In this document: positions 1 to 8,973 of the stretch, in pieces
Position numbering within the stretch: position 1 is the first letter of the stretch
Layout of the letters: each line of letters opens with the position of its first letter
Source: a bacterium
Lineage (GTDB): Bacteria; CG2-30-53-67; CG2-30-70-394
Assembly (NCBI GenBank): GCA_024278555.1
Contig: JAJRSX010000183.1
Coordinates: 4,043-68,042 of the forward strand
Reading direction: 5' to 3'
DNA: 64,000 nucleotides
Position numbers and translations under genes: made by a program
Notes under the pieces: model-generated
The model's database searches: none
What the model saw: only the letters and a program-made list of their open reading frames with translations
What the model was told of the DNA's origin: nothing

Positions 1-494
1 AGACGGTCACCGAGGGGATCCTGCGCTCGGGTATGCCGTCCCACGAGGATGTCTCCCTGGCAGATCGCAAGGCGGTGATCGCCTACATCAAGACCTTCTC
101 GCCGCGGTGGACCGAGGAGGAGCCGGGTGAGCCGATCAAGATCGGCAAGGTGCCCTCCTACGTGGGGACCGCCGCCTCGGTGAAGCGGGGCAAGGAGCTC
201 TACAAGAAGGTGGGCTGCTTCCAGTGTCACGGTCTGAGCGGCAAGGGCGACGGTCCCTCGTCGGCCACCCTGAAGGATGCATGGGGCGACGCGATCCTCC
301 CCTTCGATTTCACCTCGGGTGCCTTGAAGATGGGGTCGGGGCCGGTCGACATCTACCGGACCTTCGTTACCGGCCTTGACGGGACCCCGATGCCGTCGTA
401 CGAGGAGTCGCTGAGCGAGAAGCAGCGGTGGGATATCGTCTCCTACTGCCTCGCGGTGATGCAGCAGGGGAAGCCTCACCTCGCCGAGCGGTGA
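1..494 (+). CDS. c-type cytochrome, 5' end truncated by window edge (CxxCH = CFQCH); the frame is open from base 3
   Basis: The single CFQCH heme-binding motif is followed by GLSGKGDG. It lies immediately upstream of nosZ, as in clade II nos clusters, which carry a cytochrome c gene there. Confidence 0.6.
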   Translation, partial: TVTEGILRSGMPSHEDVSLADRKAVIAYIKTFSPRWTEEEPGEPIKIGKVPSYVGTAASVKRGKELYKKVGCFQCHGLSGKGDGPSSATLKDAWGDAILPFDFTSGALKMGSGPVDIYRTFVTGLDGTPMPSYEESLSEKQRWDIVSYCLAVMQQGKPHLAER

Positions 495-550
495 CCGTGG
501 CGCTCCCCAATCGAACCTGAGCCCCAAGTACGAAACGCAAGGAGATCCTG

Positions 551-2380
551 ATGTCTAAATATTGGTTGCCAAAAACGCTGCGCTCTCGGCGTGGCATTCT
601 GTTTACCTTCTTGACCGCTTCGATTGCGACGGCGCTGGTGGTGGGCATCGTGTCCGTCCCCAGCCTCGTAGAGGCAAAAAAGAACAAGCTGCGCACCGAG
701 GTCCACCCCGGCGAGCTCGACGACTACTACGGCTTCTTCAGCGGTGGCCACTCGGGCGAGGTGCGGGTCCTCGGCCTGCCCTCCATGCGGCTCTTGAAGC
801 GCATCGCGGTGTTCAACGTCGACACCGGCAGCGGCTGGGGGATCACCAACGAGAGCAAGGCGATGATGGGCGGGATGATCGTCGGCGATACCCACCACTG
901 CCACGGCTCCTACAAGGACGGGACTTACGATGGCAAGTATCTGTGGGTCAACGACAAGGCGAACAACCGCCTCGCCCGCATCCGGCTGGATCTCATGGAG
1001 ACGGACTCGATCATCAAGATCCCCCACGTCCAGGGGACCCACGGCACCTTCCCGCAGCGCTACCCGCAGACCGACTGGGTGGTGGTGAACAGTGAGTTCC
1101 GGACCCCGGTGGACAACGAGGGCAAGGGGAACTTCGAGGATCCGTCCACCTACGGCGGTGTCCACACGATCGTCGATGCCCACAAGATGGAGGTGATCGC
1201 CCAGGTGATCGTGCCGTGCAACCTCGACCTCGCCGGCACCGACTACCAGGGCAAGTACTCCTTTGCCACCTCCTATAACTCCGAGGGGGGCGCCACCATC
1301 TCGCAGATGCTCGCCAGGGATCGGGACTGGCTGGTGGTCTTTAACTGGGACGCGATCAAGCAGGCTCTGAAGAAGGGGAGCTACAAGGTGGTGGACGGGG
1401 TGAAGATGCTCGACGGCAAGCCGGGCACCGGCCTCGCGATCTACATCCCGATCCCCAAGAATCCGCACGGGGTGAACATCAGCCCGGACGGCAAGTACGC
1501 GATCGCCTCGGGCAAGGTCTCGCCGACCGCGAGCGTCATCGCCATTGACAAGCTCGCCGACGCCTTCGCCGGCAAGATCAAGCCGAAGGACTGCATCGTC
1601 GCCGAGCCGCAGATCGGCCTCGGGCCGCTGCACACCACCTTCGACGGCCGCGGCAACGCCTACACCTCGCTGTTCATCGACAGCCAGATCGTCAAGTGGA
1701 ATATCCAGAAGGCGATCGACCTCTACCAGCACCCGAAGGAGGGGGATACGGCGGTGGTCGACCGCCTCGACATCCACTACCAGGTGGGCCACACCATGGC
1801 GTCGATGGCCGAGACCAAGGAGGCGGACGGCAAGTTCCTGGTGTCGCTGAACAAGATCTCCAAGGACCGCTTCCTCAACGTCGGCCCCCTGAAGCCGGAG
1901 AACGACCAGCTCGTCGACATCTCCGGGAAGAAGATGCGGTTGATCGAGGACGAGCCCTCCTACGTGGAGCCCCATGACTGCATCATCGTCCGCCGCGACC
2001 TCGTCGAGCCGCACGTCCTCGATCGGGCGGTGATGGATGAGCACCCCCTGGCGGTGCACAAGAACGCCATTGAGCGCGACGGCAACAAGGTGACCGTCCA
2101 CCTCACCGCCAACGCCCCGGTCTATGGGATGCAGAAGGTTGAGGTAAACGAGGGGGATGAGGTGACCTTTATCGTCACCAACCACGATGAGATCCCCGAC
2201 CTCTCCCACGGCTTCTGCATCTCCGAGTACAACATCAACTTCGTGGTCGGCCCCTTCCAGACGAAGTCGGTGACCTTCACCGCCGACAAGCCGGGGATGT
2301 ACTGGATTTACTGCACCAACTTCTGCCACGCCCTTCACTTGGAGATGCGTCTCCGCCTCTTGGTGAAGGCGAAGGCGTGA
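551..2380 (+). CDS. nosZ: nitrous oxide reductase NosZ
   Basis: 609 aa with the C-terminal CuA motif HGFCISEY...YCTNFCHALHLEM and a His-rich CuZ region (DTHHCHGSYKDG). The N-terminus has RSRRGILF (TAT-like), and an AAGGAG RBS sits 7 bp upstream. Confidence 0.9.
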   Translation: MSKYWLPKTLRSRRGILFTFLTASIATALVVGIVSVPSLVEAKKNKLRTEVHPGELDDYYGFFSGGHSGEVRVLGLPSMRLLKRIAVFNVDTGSGWGITNESKAMMGGMIVGDTHHCHGSYKDGTYDGKYLWVNDKANNRLARIRLDLMETDSIIKIPHVQGTHGTFPQRYPQTDWVVVNSEFRTPVDNEGKGNFEDPSTYGGVHTIVDAHKMEVIAQVIVPCNLDLAGTDYQGKYSFATSYNSEGGATISQMLARDRDWLVVFNWDAIKQALKKGSYKVVDGVKMLDGKPGTGLAIYIPIPKNPHGVNISPDGKYAIASGKVSPTASVIAIDKLADAFAGKIKPKDCIVAEPQIGLGPLHTTFDGRGNAYTSLFIDSQIVKWNIQKAIDLYQHPKEGDTAVVDRLDIHYQVGHTMASMAETKEADGKFLVSLNKISKDRFLNVGPLKPENDQLVDISGKKMRLIEDEPSYVEPHDCIIVRRDLVEPHVLDRAVMDEHPLAVHKNAIERDGNKVTVHLTANAPVYGMQKVEVNEGDEVTFIVTNHDEIPDLSHGFCISEYNINFVVGPFQTKSVTFTADKPGMYWIYCTNFCHALHLEMRLRLLVKAKA

Positions 2381-2483
2381 GCAGAGCCCTGGCGGGATAG
2401 CTGTTTGGGGTGGCCGGTCGGTGGGGCCGGCCACCCCTCCCGCCTCCTTGGTGACGGTCTCTCCCTAACGCGGAAGGTCTCTC

Positions 2484-5400
2484 TTGTATCGCCAGTCCAT
2501 ACGAAGCCTCTTCATTCTCGCCGTACTCGCTCTGGTAGTGCTTGCCCGGGCGGCGTCGGCGCAGATCCTCTTTGGCGAGAAAAAGTACCCGTACGAGCTC
2601 GGTGACGTCCTCCCGGGCGCCGCGGAGTTCGTCGAGCAGGAGGGGTACTGGGAGGCGTATGGGGCGGGCGGCAAAGGCGGCGACCCGGTGGGGTACGTCT
2701 TCCTCTCCGACAACCTGGTGGAGATCCCGGGCTACTCGGGCCACACCCTGAACACCTTGGTGGGGCTCGATCCCACCGGCAAGCTCACCGGCGTAAAGAT
2801 CGTCAGCCACGCCGAGCCGATCGTCCTCATCGGCCTGGACGAGCAGGTGATCCTCGACTTCGTCGCCCAGTACCCGGGCCATGACATTCGCGACCGGATC
2901 CTTATCAGCAACACCCCGAAGAGCGGCTACGTGACCGTGGACGGGATCAGCGGCGCCACGGTCACCGCGGTGGCGGAGAACGCCACCATCCTCAAGGCGG
3001 CGCGGACCGTGGCCAAGCAGGTGGGGATCGTCAAGGCGTCGGAGGTGCGTAGCCGCCGCCCCGCACCGGACTACCGCCCCCTCGACTGGCCGGCGCTGGT
3101 GGCGAACAAGGCGATCGGCCACCTCTCCCTCACCCCGGAACAGCTCCACCGCAGTGGCGACGACTCCACCCTCGACCTCTACTACGCGATCCTCGACGCC
3201 CCGGCGATCGGCCGGAATCTCCTCGGAGAGCGCTACTTCAAGATCGTCCAGGAGCGGGTGGCGCACGATGGGGGGTGCGCCCTCTTCATCGGCGCCCGCG
3301 GCCCGGTCTCCTTCAAGGGGGCGGGGTTTGCCCGCGGCGGCGTCTTCGACCGCTTCTCCCTGGAGCAGCAGGGCGACCTCTTCGTCTTCAAGGACATGGA
3401 TTACGTCAACCACTTCGACCTCCCCATCGAGGGCGGCGTGGAGCTCCATGAGGGGGGGGTCTTCTACATGAAGAACCCCGACTTCGATCCCGCCCAGCCC
3501 TTCACCTTCCACCTCACCCTCCCGTACCGGGTGGGGGACAAGAAGGAGTACGCCACCTTCCTGAGCGACTACGAGCTGCCCGCCGATTTTGTCGAGGAGG
3601 AGGTCCCCTTCTGGGTGACCCGCTGGCACGAGGCGCAGATGGAGGCGGCGGGTCTCGGCCTCTTCCTGATCGCGGCGGCCGCCCTCTTCACCTTCCGCCG
3701 CCGCCTCCTGCCGTACCGCAAGTGGTTCCACCGGTCCATCGCGGTGGTGGCGGTGGTGTGGGTCGGCCTGCTGATGCATGCGCAGCCCTCCACCACCCAG
3801 ATCCTCACCCCGGTCAACGCGGCGGTGCGCGGCAAGTTCCCCTTCGAGATCTTCCTCTCCGAGCCGCTGATCTTCTTGTTCTGGATCGCGATCCTCCTCT
3901 CCCTGCCCCTGTGGGGACGGGGCTTCTTCTGCGGCTGGCTCTGCCCCTACGGGGCGCTTTTGGAGCTCCTCACCACCGTGTGGCACAAGGTCGCACCCAA
4001 GCGGCTGGTGCGGCGCATCGATCGATGGGATCCGGGGCGCCTGTGGCGGTGGGGTAAGTACGCCACCTTCCTGGTGATCCTCGCGGTGGCCTTCGCCTCC
4101 CTGCCGGCGGCGGAGATGCTCGATGAGGTGGAGCCGTTCAAGACCTTCATCCTGCGCCTCGTGCGTCCGTCCCACTTCGTCGCCTACTTTGTCGTGGTCA
4201 CCGTCGGTTCGATGGTCGTCTACCGCGCCTTCTGCCGCTTCCTCTGTCCCCTCGGCGGGGCGCTGGCCCTGGTCTCCTTCAAGCCTCTCGACAAGCTGAA
4301 GCGGTACGAGCACTGCGGGACGTGCCACATCTGCTACAAGGGGTGTGAGCCGAAGGCGATCTCTCACGAGACCGGCCGAATTGACTACCGCGAGTGCCTC
4401 CACTGCTGGGACTGCCAGTCCACCGGTGAGGACCCCGCCCGCTGCCCGGAGCTGATCACCGCGGCCAAGAAGGGGCGGCCGGTGCGCCTCATGCTCCGCG
4501 CCTCGATCCTGGCGCTGTGCCTCGTCGCCACCACCGCGAGCGCGCGCACCTGGCAGGTGGCGCCCGAGGGGCGCCCGCTTGCCAAGACGCTGGCGGCGGC
4601 CGCCGACGGTGACACCGTCGAGGTGGCCGCCGGTCTCTACCGCGGCAACTTCGTGGTGGCGACGCGGATCACCCTCCACGGCGCCGACGGCGCGATCCTC
4701 GACGCCGGCGGTACGGGCCACGTCCTCGGGATCCAGGCGGCGGGGGTGGTGGTGGAGGGGCTCACCCTGCGCAACAGCGGCACCAATTCGGAGCGCTCCG
4801 ACTCGGGGATCTTTCTGGCGCAGTTGGCCGCCGACGTGCGCCTCCTGCACAACCGGGTGGAGCACTGTTGGTTCGGGATCTGGATCCACGGCAGCCCGCG
4901 GCCGGTGCTCATCGGCAACCGCATCGAGGGGATGGCGGAGATGCGGGTGAACGATCGGGGCGACGGGATCCACCTGTGGGACGTGGACGGCGCCGAGATC
5001 CGCGACAACACGGTCGTTGACAGCCGCGACGGCATCTACATGGAGCTGAGCCGCAACTGCCGGATCGTCGGTAACACCATCGAGCGCTCCCGCTACTCGA
5101 TCCACACCATGTGGTGTGACGGCAGCGCTTACAACGAGAACGTGGCGCGGGGCAACTATGTGGGGCTCGCCCTGATGTTCTCCAAGGGGATCGAGGCGCG
5201 CGGCAACACCCTCTACGACAACCGCACCCACGGCATCCTCCTGGTCCAGGATACGCGCAGCGAGATCGTCGACAACCGCCTGATCTCCAACACCAAGGGG
5301 CTGTTCGTCTACAACTCCCTCTACAACAAGATCCGCGGCAACCTGGTCGCTCGCAACCACCTCGGGATGCACTACTGGGGCGGCTCGGAGGACAACGAGG

Positions 5401-5795
5401 TCAACGACAACGCCTTCATCGACAACGAGATCCAGGTAAAGTTCGTCGCCTCTCGCGACCAGCGGTGGGACGGCAACTACTGGAGCGACTACCTCGGCTG
5501 GGACATCGACCGCGACGGCCGCGGCGACGCCCCGTACCTGTCGAACACCCTGGTGGACTCCCTCCTGTGGAGGTACCCGGCGGCGAAGCTCCTGCTCACC
5601 AGCCCCGCCTTCCAACTCCTGGCGGCGGCGGAGCGCGCCTTCCCGGTGATCGCGGTGCCCAAGGGTGAGGACCGGTCGCCGCGCATGGCGCCGATGTTTG
5701 TCGACTGGCAGGGAACCCTCGACCGTTACCCGGAGGTGGCCCACCGGTACTACGGTCACCTCTCGAAGCTGCCCCATATTCCTGGGGGGCACTAA
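2484..5795 (+). CDS. NosR-like (periplasmic FMN-binding domain + TM + 2x4Fe-4S ferredoxin) fused in-frame to NosD (periplasmic parallel beta-helix Cu-insertion protein); TTG start
   Basis: The N-terminal part has the FMN_bind flavinylation motif DGISGATVT, multiple TM helices, CPYGALLEL, and the Cys clusters CGTCHICYKGCEP / CLHCWDCQS. An internal ATG at 4491 begins MLRASILALCLVATTASA (an intact signal peptide) followed by NosD hallmarks: RGDGIHLW, FIDNEIQVKFVASRDQRWDGNYWSDYLGWD, RAFPVIAVP. No stop codon separates the two parts. Confidence 0.75.
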   Translation: MYRQSIRSLFILAVLALVVLARAASAQILFGEKKYPYELGDVLPGAAEFVEQEGYWEAYGAGGKGGDPVGYVFLSDNLVEIPGYSGHTLNTLVGLDPTGKLTGVKIVSHAEPIVLIGLDEQVILDFVAQYPGHDIRDRILISNTPKSGYVTVDGISGATVTAVAENATILKAARTVAKQVGIVKASEVRSRRPAPDYRPLDWPALVANKAIGHLSLTPEQLHRSGDDSTLDLYYAILDAPAIGRNLLGERYFKIVQERVAHDGGCALFIGARGPVSFKGAGFARGGVFDRFSLEQQGDLFVFKDMDYVNHFDLPIEGGVELHEGGVFYMKNPDFDPAQPFTFHLTLPYRVGDKKEYATFLSDYELPADFVEEEVPFWVTRWHEAQMEAAGLGLFLIAAAALFTFRRRLLPYRKWFHRSIAVVAVVWVGLLMHAQPSTTQILTPVNAAVRGKFPFEIFLSEPLIFLFWIAILLSLPLWGRGFFCGWLCPYGALLELLTTVWHKVAPKRLVRRIDRWDPGRLWRWGKYATFLVILAVAFASLPAAEMLDEVEPFKTFILRLVRPSHFVAYFVVVTVGSMVVYRAFCRFLCPLGGALALVSFKPLDKLKRYEHCGTCHICYKGCEPKAISHETGRIDYRECLHCWDCQSTGEDPARCPELITAAKKGRPVRLMLRASILALCLVATTASARTWQVAPEGRPLAKTLAAAADGDTVEVAAGLYRGNFVVATRITLHGADGAILDAGGTGHVLGIQAAGVVVEGLTLRNSGTNSERSDSGIFLAQLAADVRLLHNRVEHCWFGIWIHGSPRPVLIGNRIEGMAEMRVNDRGDGIHLWDVDGAEIRDNTVVDSRDGIYMELSRNCRIVGNTIERSRYSIHTMWCDGSAYNENVARGNYVGLALMFSKGIEARGNTLYDNRTHGILLVQDTRSEIVDNRLISNTKGLFVYNSLYNKIRGNLVARNHLGMHYWGGSEDNEVNDNAFIDNEIQVKFVASRDQRWDGNYWSDYLGWDIDRDGRGDAPYLSNTLVDSLLWRYPAAKLLLTSPAFQLLAAAERAFPVIAVPKGEDRSPRMAPMFVDWQGTLDRYPEVAHRYYGHLSKLPHIPGGH

Positions 5796-5997
5796 TCCAA
5801 GGGAGGTAGGGATTAGGGATGTAGGAAAATAGGGGAGGACAGCCCTTCGGGCTGATAAATATGCTGATGGAAGCCACCCACAAAACAATCATCGTCGGCC
5901 GCAGGCCGGCACCACCCCGATCTCCCTCACCCCTCACCCCTAACCCCTAAACCATGTCCATTGAGCAAATAGAGGCACCTCGTTTCGGGAGCACCCC

Positions 5998-6888
5998 ATG
6001 ATCCGTCTCGAAGCGGTCTCCAAGCGGTACGGCGAGCAGGTCGCCCTGCGCGCCATCGATCTGGAGATCCACCGGGGGGAGTGGCTCGGACTCTTCGGCC
6101 ACAACGGCTCGGGCAAGTCGACCCTCCTGCGCCTGCTGCTCGGCCTCACCCGCCCGACCACCGGGAGCCTGCTCATCGACGGCAAGGCGCCGAGCCCGGC
6201 CGGGTGGCGCCGCCTGCGCGAGCGCATCGGCTTCATGCCGGAGCGCATCGCCTTCTACGACCACCTCACCGGCCGCGAGATCCTCGCCTATTTCGGCCGC
6301 CTGCGCGGCGTCGGCGGGGAGCGGGTGGCGGCGGTCCTGGAGCAGGTGGGGCTGGAGGCGGCGGCGGATCGGCGGTTGGCGGGCTACTCCAAGGGGATGC
6401 GCCAGCGTCTCAACCTCGGCCAGGCCCTCCTCGGCGATCCCGAGATCATCTTCGCCGATGAGCCGGTGGAGGGGCTCGACCCCCAGGGGGTACGCGCCTT
6501 CTTCGACCTCCTCCACGCCGGGCGGGTGGAGACGGTGGTGATGTCGTCGCACCGGCTGGCCGAGTGTAGCCACCGGGTCGACCGTATCTGCGTCCTCAAC
6601 CAGGGGGAGGTGCGGGCACTCGGGTCGGTGGAGGAGCTCAGTCGCGACCTCCACCCCCCGGTCCACGTCCACGTCTACCCCTCCGAGTCCGCCAACGGCT
6701 CCCTCCAGACTACCCTCACCAATCTCGGCGCCACCGACGTGTCGATGCACCAGGGGGCGTGGGTGGCGGAGGTAGCGCAGGGGTCGAAGGTCGCATTCCT
6801 CGCCGGTCTGGCGGGGTGTCAGCCGCAGATCCGCCACCTCCACATCGAGGAGCCGAGCCTCGAGGAGCTCTACTTTGAACACGAGTGA
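5998..6888 (+). CDS. nosF: ABC transporter ATP-binding protein NosF
   Basis: Walker A motif GHNGSGKST, an ABC signature, and position directly after nosD. Confidence 0.8.
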   Translation: MIRLEAVSKRYGEQVALRAIDLEIHRGEWLGLFGHNGSGKSTLLRLLLGLTRPTTGSLLIDGKAPSPAGWRRLRERIGFMPERIAFYDHLTGREILAYFGRLRGVGGERVAAVLEQVGLEAAADRRLAGYSKGMRQRLNLGQALLGDPEIIFADEPVEGLDPQGVRAFFDLLHAGRVETVVMSSHRLAECSHRVDRICVLNQGEVRALGSVEELSRDLHPPVHVHVYPSESANGSLQTTLTNLGATDVSMHQGAWVAEVAQGSKVAFLAGLAGCQPQIRHLHIEEPSLEELYFEHE

Positions 6889-7711
6889 CCAGGTCCTGGC
6901 CATCGCCCGCAAGGAGCTCACCGACCGCCTCCGCAACCGGTGGGTGTGGACGGTCTCCGCCCTCCTCTTCCTCTGTACCGTGGTGATCGCCCTCTTCGGC
7001 GCCGCACCGGTGGGGGTGGTGGGCAACAAGGGGGCGGGTGCGGCCATGGCGAGCCTGATGAACCTGGTGGCCTACCTGGTGCCGCTCATCGCCCTCATCC
7101 TCGGCTGCGGGGCGATCATCGACGAGAAGCAGCGCGGCACCCTCGACCTCATCCTCGTCTACCCCCTGTCGCCGCGGGCCTACTTCGCCGGCACCTTCCT
7201 CGGCTTCACCCTCGCCCTGGCCATCGCGGTGGTGGTGGGCTTCGCCCTCTCCGGCCTGCTGCTCGTCTTCTGGGTGGGGGTCCCCGCTGTCGAGTACCTC
7301 ACCCTCACCGCGCTGGCCCTGCTCCTCGGGACGGCCTTCCTCGCCCTGTCGTTTTTCGTCTCCCTCCTGTCGCGCGAGCGCGGCCGGGCGATCGCCTCGT
7401 CCGTCTTCCTGTGGATCTTCGCGATCTTTGTCTTCGACCTGATCCTCGTGGGGATCCTGGTCCTCTCCGGCGGCAAGGTGCCCGCCTCCCTCTTCGGGGC
7501 GCTGCTCCTCGCCAACCCGGCCGACTGCTTCCGGATCCTCTGCTTCCAGTGGATCGGCAGCGCCGCCACCCCCCTCGGGCTGGCCTCGGTTGCCCCGGCG
7601 GGGCTGCCGGCGCCGCTCCTCCTGGTGATCCTCGCCTTCTGGGTAGTGGTCCCGGTGGTGGCGAGCTACTGGCTCTTTCAACGTCGCGTCGACCGTGACG
7701 CGCTGGTGTGA
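6875..7711 (+). CDS. nosY: ABC-2 type permease NosY
   Basis: A 278-aa polytopic membrane protein that overlaps the nosF stop, occupying the nosDFY position. Confidence 0.7.
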   Translation: MNTSDQVLAIARKELTDRLRNRWVWTVSALLFLCTVVIALFGAAPVGVVGNKGAGAAMASLMNLVAYLVPLIALILGCGAIIDEKQRGTLDLILVYPLSPRAYFAGTFLGFTLALAIAVVVGFALSGLLLVFWVGVPAVEYLTLTALALLLGTAFLALSFFVSLLSRERGRAIASSVFLWIFAIFVFDLILVGILVLSGGKVPASLFGALLLANPADCFRILCFQWIGSAATPLGLASVAPAGLPAPLLLVILAFWVVVPVVASYWLFQRRVDRDALV

Positions 7712-7739
7712 TTTGTGGTTCCTCTTTAAGGAGAAGTCG

Positions 7740-8378
7740 ATGTTCACAGACGCGTGGGTGGTGGCGACGGCGCTGTTGTTGGTGGCGGTGGGTGGGGCGG
7801 AGGCCGGCGAGCTCCACGGCCGGATCGCCACCCCGAGCTGGGGTACGGCGGTGGTGTGGGTGGAGGGGGTCAAGGGCGACGTACCGCACCAGGAGACCCC
7901 CCTCACCCACGTCCGCGGCGGCAAGTTCCGTCCGCACGTGGCGATCGGCTTCGTGGGCAACGACTTCGTCTTCCGCAACAAAGACAACCGGATGCACAAC
8001 ATCCACCTCAACCTCCGCCTCGCCCGCCACGAGGCGGTCTCGGGTCGATCGCTCCTCTATGGGGCCACCCTCTACAACATCGCCCTGCCGGCGGGGAGCA
8101 AGTCGGTGCGGCGGCCGATCAAGGAGAGCTTTCGCTACCGTGACGAGACCGGCTTCATCGAGGTGACCTGCGACCCGCACCCGCGCGAGCGGGCCTTCAT
8201 CCTCGTCTTCGCCCACCCCTTCGCGGCGGTGACCGCGGAGGACGGCACCTTCTCCATCCCTGGCGTCCCCGCGGGGCGCCACCCGGTGCGCTACTGGCAG
8301 GGAGGGAAGGTGGCCGACGGGGGGGTGGTGGAGGTGGGCGCGTCGGGGGTGACGGAGGTGGTGGTGGGCAAGGAGTAG
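7740..8378 (+). CDS. hypothetical periplasmic protein (Sec signal peptide ...GGAEA), occupying the NosL position in the nos cluster but lacking the NosL motif
   Basis: ATG with an AAGGAG RBS. The signal peptide is MFTDAWVVATALLLVAVGGAEA. The protein has only one Cys and no recognisable copper motif. Confidence 0.45.
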   Translation: MFTDAWVVATALLLVAVGGAEAGELHGRIATPSWGTAVVWVEGVKGDVPHQETPLTHVRGGKFRPHVAIGFVGNDFVFRNKDNRMHNIHLNLRLARHEAVSGRSLLYGATLYNIALPAGSKSVRRPIKESFRYRDETGFIEVTCDPHPRERAFILVFAHPFAAVTAEDGTFSIPGVPAGRHPVRYWQGGKVADGGVVEVGASGVTEVVVGKE

Positions 8379-8385
8379 CTCGGTC

Positions 8386-8973
8386 GTGGGGCGGGTGAGG
8401 CGGATGGTGGCGGCGGCCGGGCTGGCTGTCGTGACCCTGATCGGGAGCGGGGCCGGGCGTGCTTCCGCGGCGCCCCTGCAGCCTTCCGCGGCGTCCCTGC
8501 CACGCTTTGCGCTGCCCAACTGGGACGGCCGGGTGGTGACCAACGACGCCCTCCTCGGGCAGCGCGCCATCCTCGTCTTCACCTACGCCAAGTGCGTGGT
8601 CGGCTGCCCCACGGTCACCTTTCGTCTCAAGGGGCTCGACGACGAGCTCGGCCACCCGTCGGACCTCCGCTTCGTGCTGATCTCGGTCAACCCCGCCATC
8701 GACACCGCGGAGGAGGTCCTGCGTCACTTCCACACCTGCGACATCGACCCGCAGCGCGATCCCCGCTGGCTTTTTCTCGGCGGGAGCGAGCAGCAGGTCG
8801 CACCGGTCCTGGCGGAGTACGGCATCGTGGTGAAGCATACGGCCACCCCTCTGGGGGACCTCATCAAGCACACCATCAAGGTGGTGGTGGTCGGCCCCGA
8901 CGGGCGGCCGACAGCCACCTTTTCCACCTACCAGTGGGATTCAGAGGAGATGCGCCATGCCCTTGGCCTGTGA
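8386..8973 (+). CDS. SCO1/SenC family copper chaperone (thioredoxin-like, CxxxCP)
   Basis: Signal peptide, then the FTYAKCVVGCPTVT motif and a conserved His in VVKHTATP. Confidence 0.8.
   Translation: MGRVRRMVAAAGLAVVTLIGSGAGRASAAPLQPSAASLPRFALPNWDGRVVTNDALLGQRAILVFTYAKCVVGCPTVTFRLKGLDDELGHPSDLRFVLISVNPAIDTAEEVLRHFHTCDIDPQRDPRWLFLGGSEQQVAPVLAEYGIVVKHTATPLGDLIKHTIKVVVVGPDGRPTATFSTYQWDSEEMRHALGL

Noticed and set aside
495-550. Sigma-54 or FNR/NnrR-type promoter elements upstream of nosZ
   Set aside because: TGGCGC-N5-ATCGA only loosely resembles TGGCAC-N5-TTGC, and no TTGAT-N4-ATCAA box was seen. That is insufficient to call.
476-2434. 652-aa minus-strand ORF antisense to nosZ
   Set aside because: The sense strand has unambiguous NosZ motifs. 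The antisense product is low-complexity Gly/Arg/Val/Asp-rich sequence, typical of stop-free antisense frames in ~68% GC DNA.
2277-5888. 1203-aa minus-strand ORF antisense to the nosR-nosD fusion
   Set aside because: The sense frame carries FMN-bind, ferredoxin and NosD motifs. The antisense is an Arg/Gly/Ala/Asp-rich high-GC artefact.
7740-8378. Calling this gene nosL
   Set aside because: Its position matches, but it lacks the lipobox and the CxVCGM copper motif of NosL. Only the 72-aa lipoprotein at 10530..10748 has a NosL-like motif, so it was left as hypothetical.
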